Positions 16,596 through 23,192 of a DNA stretch of 24,000 bases are shown piece after piece. The stretch spans positions 3,532,678 through 3,556,677 of the forward strand of contig NZ_CP064923.1 of assembly GCF_018336915.1 (NCBI RefSeq). The letters run 5' to 3'. The notes beneath the pieces were generated by a model. That model made no database searches, was not told the origin of the DNA, and saw only the letters and a list, made by a program, of their open reading frames with translations. This stretch comes from Acaryochloris marina S15. Its GTDB lineage: Bacteria; Cyanobacteriota; Cyanobacteriia; Thermosynechococcales; Thermosynechococcaceae. The number at the start of each line of letters is the position of its first letter. Position 1 is the stretch's first letter. The position numbers were made by a program, and so were the translations under genes.

Positions 16596-16788
16596 GCAAA
16601 GAATAAACTCAGCACTCTAATTAGAGTTGATGGGCAAATCTACCCTCACTATGAACAAAAGATAAGTATTCTGGAAACAATTATGAAATTATGCATTTAT
16701 AATGCATGTGGCAACTACTGAAAATTGCCAAAAATTAAAATTTCCGAACCCATTAACCGGGTAATTTCCTGGGCTTGAGGAGTTGAGT

Positions 16789-17298
16789 ATGGCCGTTGCT
16801 AGCCGATCTAAAGTTGTCCCCGTCCGACCGAAACAGGCTGCTCCCTCAGCCCGTTCCCGTCCCCCTCAACGACGGCGAAAACCCAAGACTTTATCCAGGC
16901 AAGAACAGCCCTTGGATCTGATTGATTCCCGTTCGCCACAATTTCCCAATTGGCTAATACTACTAATGGCGTTTCGGAAGCTGTCCACCCCTATTCTGAT
17001 GGTGACAGTCTTAGGAATTTTGCCCCTCTATGCTTGGCGAGTGAATACTCAACAATCTTGGGGGACTCAATATTCAAAGCTAGAGAAATTGCAGCGTGAT
17101 CAGCGAGATTGGCTCACTCGCAATGAAGAGCGCAAATTCCAAATTTCAGAAAATTTAGAAAGCAATCCAGCAGGCTTTGTTCCCAAAAGCTCCAAAACGA
17201 CCGTGTTTTTTAAGCCAGCCCCGGTGCGTCCAGCTCAGCCTGTGCCTCCTCAGCGGACTGGCATTACCCATATTGATGTAGCTCCGATTGGTTATTAA
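16789..17298 (+). CDS. Bitopic coiled-coil protein in the FtsL position of the dcw cluster (FtsL-like by synteny and topology)
   Basis: The ATG at 16789 has GAGGAG 6 nt upstream. The N-terminus is basic and Pro/Arg-rich, followed by one hydrophobic helix (LSTPILMVTVLGILPLYAW). A heptad-like segment follows (YSKLEKLQRDQRDWLTRNEERKFQISENLE). The gene lies between rsmH and ftsI, as ftsL does in E. coli. Confidence 0.5.
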   Translation: MAVASRSKVVPVRPKQAAPSARSRPPQRRRKPKTLSRQEQPLDLIDSRSPQFPNWLILLMAFRKLSTPILMVTVLGILPLYAWRVNTQQSWGTQYSKLEKLQRDQRDWLTRNEERKFQISENLESNPAGFVPKSSKTTVFFKPAPVRPAQPVPPQRTGITHIDVAPIGY

Positions 17299-17319
17299 GT
17301 CCAACTTCTTTGCAAGTTT

Positions 17320-19128
17320 ATGCCCACTCCTTCTCACCCAGTCCAAGACCGTCGGGCCGCGATCAAAGCCCGAATCCAAACGAAGCAGCCCCATCGAGTT
17401 ACTAATCAGCGATTACGCTTATTCCTGGTTTGGTTGGTGGTATTTGGAGGCATTGTGGGCTTGTTAGCCCGGTTAGTCTATTTGCAAATTAGTGCGGCCC
17501 CCTTTCTCCGAACGAAAGCCCAACAACAACAGCTAGGCGGTCTTCCTGAGCGCACCTTCCGCTATCCGATTATGGATAGCCAGGGTAATCTACTGGCTAA
17601 GGATGAACCCGTCTTTCGTCTGTTTGCCCATCCCTTTTTATTCCAAAGACAACCGGATGAAATTGCTCAAGCATTAGCCCCTGTTCTCGACCGCTCATCG
17701 GATTCTCTGACAGAGCTATTCAAAACCGGAGAGAGTGGGATTCCAATTGGGTATCGTCTATCGGAAACCGAAGCAGAGAAAATCAACAATCTCTATTTAG
17801 ATGGATTAGAAATTACGCGGGAATGGCAACGGGTCTATCCCCAGTCGGGACTGACCTCGGGATTGGTCGGGTATGTCAATACCGAAAACCAAGGACAATC
17901 TGGCATTGAATATAGTCAGCAACCCCTCTTAAAAGGAGATCCCATTCCCTTGCTAGTGACTCGGGATGGTCAGGGTAAGCTCTTGCCGGATCGATTTCCC
18001 TTAGAGCCGCTAAATGCCAATGACTTGACCCTGAAGTTGACCCTAGATACGCGACTTCAACGGTCGGCCCGACAAGCCCTTCATAAACAAATGGCAAAGT
18101 TCCGAGCCAAGCGGGGCACTGTCATTGTGATGGATGTCGAAGATGGCTCCCTCAAGGCTTTGGCCTCGGAACCCTCTTTTAATCCCCAGCGTTACTTTGA
18201 AGCCAATACTGAACTGTTTAAAAACTGGGCCATTTCAGATCTTTATGAGCCGGGGTCTACCTTCAAGCCAATCAATATTGCCATCGCATTAGAATCCAAT
18301 GCCATCAAAGCTGATAGTGTTTTCCACGATGGTGGTCAAATTACCATCGGTGGCTGGCCGATTAATAATGCCGACAACTCAGGCCATGGCAACCTTTCCA
18401 TTACGGGCATCCTGGAATATTCCAGTAACGTAGGTATGGTCCATGTCATGCAGCGGATGGATCGATCGGCCTACTACAATTACCTGAAAAAAATTGGGAT
18501 TGGCCAAATTACGGGTACTGATCTTCCCTTTGAAACCCCCGGCCAGTTTAAGGATAAGCAGCAGTTTTTAGACTATCCCATTGAAGCGGCAACCGCGGCT
18601 TTCGGACAAGGATTTTCAGTCACCCCTCTACAAATGGCACAGCTCCATGCAGCCATCGCCAACGGAGGCGAATTGGTGACTCCTCATGTCGTTGATGGTC
18701 TATACAATCCTGCTGGCAAAAAAACCAAGGGATTAAATCTGATTCAACCCCGCCGCATTTTCTCTAAAGATACGGTAGCTAAGGTTCGGACCATGATGGG
18801 AAGTGTGGTGCAAAACGGCACGGGTAAACCCGCCAAAATTCCGGGTTATCGCTTAGGGGGTAAAACTGGAACGGCCCAAAAAGCGGATAGCGGTACCTAT
18901 AGCAATGCGCGGATTACTAGCTTTGTAGCATCTTTCCCCTTGGAGTCCCCTAAATATGTAGTGCTGGCCGTTGTAGATGAACCTCAAGGGGGCAATGCTT
19001 ACGGATCGACCGTGGCAGCTCCAGCTGTAAAGTCGGTGTTAGAAACCCTGATTAGTATTGAGGGCATCCCTCCCAGTCATCCTGCTGAATTGAAGGCAAA
19101 GCCGAAAGCATCTCGCTCCAACAACTAA
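17320..19128 (+). CDS. ftsI: Peptidoglycan D,D-transpeptidase FtsI (class B PBP)
   Basis: N-terminal membrane anchor plus transpeptidase motifs STFKP (SxxK), SSN (SxN) and KTGTA (KTG). It is positioned after rsmH and the FtsL-like gene. Confidence 0.9.
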   Translation: MPTPSHPVQDRRAAIKARIQTKQPHRVTNQRLRLFLVWLVVFGGIVGLLARLVYLQISAAPFLRTKAQQQQLGGLPERTFRYPIMDSQGNLLAKDEPVFRLFAHPFLFQRQPDEIAQALAPVLDRSSDSLTELFKTGESGIPIGYRLSETEAEKINNLYLDGLEITREWQRVYPQSGLTSGLVGYVNTENQGQSGIEYSQQPLLKGDPIPLLVTRDGQGKLLPDRFPLEPLNANDLTLKLTLDTRLQRSARQALHKQMAKFRAKRGTVIVMDVEDGSLKALASEPSFNPQRYFEANTELFKNWAISDLYEPGSTFKPINIAIALESNAIKADSVFHDGGQITIGGWPINNADNSGHGNLSITGILEYSSNVGMVHVMQRMDRSAYYNYLKKIGIGQITGTDLPFETPGQFKDKQQFLDYPIEAATAAFGQGFSVTPLQMAQLHAAIANGGELVTPHVVDGLYNPAGKKTKGLNLIQPRRIFSKDTVAKVRTMMGSVVQNGTGKPAKIPGYRLGGKTGTAQKADSGTYSNARITSFVASFPLESPKYVVLAVVDEPQGGNAYGSTVAAPAVKSVLETLISIEGIPPSHPAELKAKPKASRSNN

Positions 19129-19205
19129 GAGAACTGCCTTTTTATGCCCACTTAAGTTGAAGGTGAGTATTGAGTTTAAATTTTTGCGCAAGCTCAATCC
19201 ATCAA

Positions 19206-19232
19206 CAGCCTTATCATTCAATGATAAGGCTG
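19206..19232. terminator. Strong hairpin between the convergent ftsI and DCC genes
   Basis: CAGCCTTATCAT (19206-19217), loop TCA, ATGATAAGGCTG (19221-19232), giving a perfect 12-bp stem. There is no clear U-tract on either strand. Confidence 0.5.
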
Positions 19233-19332
19233 GGGTGCTTGTAGGCAGACCCACATTTTCTGAACCATGAAGAGTCCGGGCCTACACAAGAGTTTGCACC
19301 TCAATTTGAAGTATTTGAGGGGCTAGAAAGAC

Positions 19333-19776
19333 TTAGGGGAGAAACCGTTTCCGTTCTGATTCACTGGGCATGCGGCAGGTGGCTCGTCGTCCAAATAGGC
19401 GATAACGATTACAAGCAATGAAACGATAAATGCGATCGCGACCTGTTCGCGGAATCAAACTAATAGCATTGAAGACTGACCAAACACCACCCAAACGCTT
19501 ACAGACTTGAATAAACGCATCGGACTGATCGTACAGCTCACTCTCATCCCGATAGTAAATCGACCAGGCTTCCCGATCTATGGGCAATGGGGGTAAATAC
19601 TGTCTGGCTGTTTGACCCTGTAAAGGGGCAATCAGGATGGTTCCTAGAGGATCGACTTTCAGTAGGATGTCGACAAAGCCATTACACATCACACATTCCC
19701 CATCAAAAAACACAATGGGCTGCTGAATAGAGACCGGCTGGCTGGCCGTCTGATTTGAAAGTTGCGGTGTCGCCAT
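19333..19776 (-). CDS. Thiol-disulfide oxidoreductase, DCC family (DUF393)
   Basis: VFFDGECVMCNGFVD is the DxxCxxC signature near the N-terminus, and the size is typical of the family. An ATG lies at 19776 and an alternative TTG at 19788. Confidence 0.8.
   Translation of the reverse strand: MATPQLSNQTASQPVSIQQPIVFFDGECVMCNGFVDILLKVDPLGTILIAPLQGQTARQYLPPLPIDREAWSIYYRDESELYDQSDAFIQVCKRLGGVWSVFNAISLIPRTGRDRIYRFIACNRYRLFGRRATCRMPSESERKRFLP
19432..19439. repeat. HIP1 octamer GCGATCGC
   Basis: Exact match, inside the DCC-family gene. Confidence 0.9.
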
Positions 19777-19921
19777 GCTGTTGCTCAAAGAACCTATTTT
19801 GAATCTAACATGGCTGCTTTGGCATTAGCATAGGGCTGTCTTGAGGGTTCAGACATATCCTTTAGCAGGAACGGCAGCTTTCGAGGTAGGATCTGCAAGT
19901 TACACCTATGCTAGTTGAACA

Positions 19922-20287
19922 ATGGCTGAGCGACCGATTAAGAAGTCTGAATTAGAAAAGCGTGCCCAGACTGAAGGCCAAACAGGCGATGACAAAAAAC
20001 AAATTCAGAAGGGCCGTAAAGATGGACGTGGAAAAGGTCGAAACAATAAAGACAGAGAAAAGAGAAAGCCTGCTGTTCCCCTAGCTTTGATGCGTGGTCC
20101 CAGGCCTTCAGCAAAGGTGGAAGAGCCCGAACCCGTGGAAACTCCAGAAGAAGCAATTGCAGAAACGACTACAGAAGAAGAAGGAGCCGTAGCTGAGGCC
20201 ACAGAAACCGTCGCTGAAGCAGAAACCGACTCACCCAATGCCGACGCTAGTGAAGCCAGCGAGGCAGAACCAGCCCCTGATAATTAA
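19922..20287 (+). CDS. Hypothetical low-complexity protein with a basic N-half and an acidic C-half
   Basis: ATG-initiated ORF of 121 aa. Residues 1-50 are rich in K/R/G (KGRKDGRGKGRNNKDREKRKP) and residues 65-121 are rich in E/A/T/P. A perfect 13-bp hairpin starts 3 nt after the stop, which supports a real transcription unit. Confidence 0.5.
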   Translation: MAERPIKKSELEKRAQTEGQTGDDKKQIQKGRKDGRGKGRNNKDREKRKPAVPLALMRGPRPSAKVEEPEPVETPEEAIAETTTEEEGAVAEATETVAEAETDSPNADASEASEAEPAPDN

Positions 20288-20290
20288 GGG

Positions 20291-20321
20291 TACACATAAC
20301 GTCCTAGAGACGTTATGTGTA
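20291..20321. terminator. Perfect 13-bp hairpin between convergent genes (candidate bidirectional terminator)
   Basis: TACACATAACGTC (20291-20303), loop CTAGA, GACGTTATGTGTA (20309-20321). It lacks a classical U-tract. Confidence 0.6.
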
Positions 20322-20339
20322 GGCTAAATCCCTAGAAAA

Positions 20340-21830
20340 TCAAGAAGCAACAGGTTGGGGAATCGTGATATCAATCGGTGTCACTGTTTTTCCTAACTCT
20401 TCTAGTGAGGGTTGGATCGCTGAGCGGTTCCCCACGACTAAAGTAACAATCTGTTCAGGCTGCAGATATTTCTTCGCTGCAGCCTGAACTTTTTCAGCAG
20501 TCATGGTTTTGACGGCTCGCTGATATTGAAAGATAAAATCATCGGGATAGCCAAAGTACTCGTACCGCATTAAACGAGACAAGGTTTGGCCTGGGTCCTG
20601 AAAGTTGAAGACAAAAGAGTTGAGGATGGAGTCCTTGGCCTGTTGAAGCTCATCATTAGATAAAGGCGCTTCGCGTACCTTTTGCAGTTCACCCATCACC
20701 GCTTTGATAAATGGAACCGTTGCTTCAGAACGCGTCTGCCCCCCAGAAATAAATAGCCCTGGGTAATCGTAGCGAGCACTCCATACGGCATAAACGGAAT
20801 AGGCCAATCCCTGGCGAGATCGTACTTCGTTAAACAACCGTCCCCCAAAGCTGTTGAGAGCCTCATTCATTACCAATAACGAGAAAATATCAGGGTTATC
20901 AAACTGACCGCCCAAATGACCGATTTGAACATTGCTTTGGGATAGTTGAGGCTGATCAACGACAAACGTCTCCCCGGCTTTTATTTGCTCTGCACTCGGT
21001 GCTGGAGGTGTTTCATCTCGCTCAGGTATCGCAGGCCAATCCCCAAATTCTTTTTTGATCCGCTGAGTCATGGCGGCAGGATCGAAGTCTCCCACAATTC
21101 CCAAAATCATGCAATTGGGGTGGAAGTTCTGTTGGTAAAAGGATTCAACATCGGTTTGGGAAATATTGTCGAGGGTTTGATATTCTTGGGTGCGCGCATA
21201 GGGGCTTTCTCCCCCATAAATCAGCTTTTTGAATTCTCGGCCTGTAATACTGTCAGGATCATCATTACGGCGGGCGATGTTTCCTCGACGTTGGGTCTTG
21301 GCGAGAACAAGCTTGTCTTTTTCAAACGCAGGTTCACGAATCACTTCTGAGAATAAACCGAAGACGGTGTCTAAATCTTCACTCAGGGCGGCAAAGGATG
21401 CACTACCGGAAGCAGTACTAATTCCAGTCTCCACAGATGCTGCCCGTTGCTCTAGCATTTGGTTAAGCTGCTCGGAGGGGTGCTGTTTGGTCCCTCCCGT
21501 CCGCATCACGGTGCCAACGATATCAGCCAATCCCACTTTTTCGGCAGGCTCAAGCCGTGACCCCGTCCGCATACGGGCAATGCCATTTACCAAGGGCAAC
21601 TCGTGATTTTCCATTAAGTAAACGGTTAAACCGTTATCCAACTGGAAACGGCTATATTCTGGAATGGTTACCTCAGGAAGGGCCGGGAACTCCAATTCTG
21701 TATAGTGTTTAGCTGTGGCTGCCGTGCCCGGACGAATCGAACCAATGACTAGCAAGAGGGGAATGACTGCAAAGGCGATCAACCGCTGTAGGGTTCTACG
21801 TAGAAATCGGTTACGTTGGACGTTGGGCAT
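20340..21830 (-). CDS. M16 (pitrilysin/insulinase) family peptidase homologue lacking the HxxEH zinc motif; secreted or membrane-anchored
   Basis: N-terminal signal/anchor RLIAFAVIPLLLVIGSIRPGTAA. The protein is a two-domain M16 length (496 aa). Where active members carry G-x-A-H-x-x-E-H-x-x-F-x-G, this one reads GLADIVGTVMRTGGT. The C-terminal-half R…Y element is present (NEVRSRQGLAYSVYA). Confidence 0.8.
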   Translation of the reverse strand: MPNVQRNRFLRRTLQRLIAFAVIPLLLVIGSIRPGTAATAKHYTELEFPALPEVTIPEYSRFQLDNGLTVYLMENHELPLVNGIARMRTGSRLEPAEKVGLADIVGTVMRTGGTKQHPSEQLNQMLEQRAASVETGISTASGSASFAALSEDLDTVFGLFSEVIREPAFEKDKLVLAKTQRRGNIARRNDDPDSITGREFKKLIYGGESPYARTQEYQTLDNISQTDVESFYQQNFHPNCMILGIVGDFDPAAMTQRIKKEFGDWPAIPERDETPPAPSAEQIKAGETFVVDQPQLSQSNVQIGHLGGQFDNPDIFSLLVMNEALNSFGGRLFNEVRSRQGLAYSVYAVWSARYDYPGLFISGGQTRSEATVPFIKAVMGELQKVREAPLSNDELQQAKDSILNSFVFNFQDPGQTLSRLMRYEYFGYPDDFIFQYQRAVKTMTAEKVQAAAKKYLQPEQIVTLVVGNRSAIQPSLEELGKTVTPIDITIPQPVAS

Positions 21831-21967
21831 GGTTAACGTGCTTTTCCTATGGACAGCTCATCTCTAACAGATTAGCCTAAACTTTTACGAGACGATGGGT
21901 GAATTTATATCCTTTTGACCTGCTTTACAATTAAAAGTGCCCTTGTTGTTGCCTGAATCGTTCGCCT

Positions 21968-22372
21968 GTGAAAAAGCGCGTTACTCTTACGTTCCCTCGG
22001 CGAGCCGTTCCTGTCCCAGTCACCTATCGATTGGCAAAGGAGTTCAATGTGGCGGCAAACATTATTCGTGCCCAGGTTGCCCCAAATCAAATTGGTAAGT
22101 TGGTGGTGGAATTAGCGGGGGATATTGACCAGCTTGATGCCGCCATTGATTGGATGCTGTCTCAAAATATTGATGTGTCTTCGTCTAATCGCGAAATTCT
22201 GATTGATGAAGATAGCTGTGTTCACTGCGGTTTATGTACAGGGATATGCCCCACCCAGGCCCTTACCCTTGACCCCAAATCTTTTTTGCTGAACTTCACT
22301 CGATCTCGCTGCATCGTCTGTGAACAATGTGTTCCTACTTGTCCAGTACAGGCAATTTCTACTAACTTTTGA
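21968..22372 (+). CDS. NIL-domain protein fused to a 2x[4Fe-4S] ferredoxin domain
   Basis: GTG start. The N-terminal roughly 75 aa resemble the MetN C-terminal NIL domain (VTLTFPRRAVPVPVTYRLAKEFNVAANIIRAQV…GKLVVELAG). Two cluster motifs follow: CVHCGLCTGICP and CIVCEQCVPTCP. Confidence 0.8.
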   Translation: MKKRVTLTFPRRAVPVPVTYRLAKEFNVAANIIRAQVAPNQIGKLVVELAGDIDQLDAAIDWMLSQNIDVSSSNREILIDEDSCVHCGLCTGICPTQALTLDPKSFLLNFTRSRCIVCEQCVPTCPVQAISTNF

Positions 22373-22386
22373 TGGATGGTTACTCT

Positions 22387-23154
22387 TTAAATCACTATCA
22401 CCGAAACCATCGCTTTTAGGTAAGATAACCCCGCTGCCATCAAAACCCCTGAATACTCGCCGTTGGGTAAATGCTGGGGAAGTTGAATAGAAATACTAAT
22501 TGAACCTGTTGCGTCGGATGCAAGGCTTAGAGGGTTAGGGGCAATAGAGATGGCCTGCTGAGAAATCAGATCGCCGTCACAACCATATAGATCGGTGCAA
22601 AAGAACTTGGCCTGAATGGGTTCTTCGCTATCATTGTGAACCTTAAATGCGATCTGGACTGTCTCTCCAACATGGCTGGGATGAGCCGACTGCAGTAAAG
22701 GGACACTAGCCTCGCTCGATGGTGCTTGTTCTGACACCCCTCCCGTCCAATCTGATTTGAGGGAGAGTAGATTAGCTAATTCATTCACAAACTCATGCAT
22801 TTCCCCTACTAAGCCTGGAACAGAATAGCTGGTGGGTCCAGAGGGAGTCGTATTTCCTAGATCTAGAGGAGAGGCAATGGTCTGGGCTGACTGTAAGGGC
22901 GTCGTTAGATCGTTATCAAGGATAGCAGCAGCTTGCTGTACAAGGGCTTCAGGAGTCGGTATTGTTTCAGTTCCGCCCATCATAGGCTGAATAACTTCTG
23001 CAACAGGTTCTGTGAGTGCTTCTGGTTCAGCAGGTAGCCCTCCCATTTCAGAGACGGTAGGAGGGAGAGTCCCAACTTGATCCAGAAGGCCACGGATCGA
23101 TGCGGGTAGCCCTTGGTCGATGAGCTGGAGGGGTTTGCGTCGATACTGTTTCAT
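22387..23154 (-). CDS. Hypothetical protein: disordered Pro/Thr/Glu-rich N-terminal two-thirds plus a beta-rich C-terminal domain of roughly 100 aa
   Basis: ATG at 23154 with GAGGA 9 nt upstream. It lies 38 nt downstream of the polyprenyl synthase stop on the same strand. I recognise no family motif. The C-terminus alternates hydrophobic and polar residues (VQIAFKVHNDSEEPIQAKFFCTDL…GSISISIQLPQHLPNGEYSGVLMAAGLSYLKAMVSVIV), a beta-sandwich-like pattern. Confidence 0.55.
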   Translation of the reverse strand: MKQYRRKPLQLIDQGLPASIRGLLDQVGTLPPTVSEMGGLPAEPEALTEPVAEVIQPMMGGTETIPTPEALVQQAAAILDNDLTTPLQSAQTIASPLDLGNTTPSGPTSYSVPGLVGEMHEFVNELANLLSLKSDWTGGVSEQAPSSEASVPLLQSAHPSHVGETVQIAFKVHNDSEEPIQAKFFCTDLYGCDGDLISQQAISIAPNPLSLASDATGSISISIQLPQHLPNGEYSGVLMAAGLSYLKAMVSVIVI

Positions 23155-23192
23155 CTTGACTGTCCTCTACTTGCTACTCAAAACCAGCGGTC

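Noticed and set aside
16288-16599. 103-aa minus-strand ORF overlapping the rsmH 3' end
   Set aside because: It is antisense to the conserved RsmH C-terminal motifs ([11 protein letters not shown]) and has no features of its own.
19938-20238. Two minus-strand ORFs (72 and 77 aa) antisense to the charge-segregated protein gene
   Set aside because: They are a by-product of the GAA/GCN-rich low-complexity sequence. The plus-strand ORF has an ATG start and a terminator hairpin placed for the plus-strand stop.
20946-21606. Two plus-strand ORFs (134 and 125 aa) antisense to the M16 gene; also small ORFs inside nagA (11422-11879 -), alr (9260-9457 +), ftsI (17876-18097 -), urtE 3' end (7572-7805 -) and around 17155-17394 -, 19039-19254 -, 21905-22090 -
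   Set aside because: All are embedded in or antisense to longer ORFs that carry clear family motifs. None has a recognisable motif or a ribosome-binding site.
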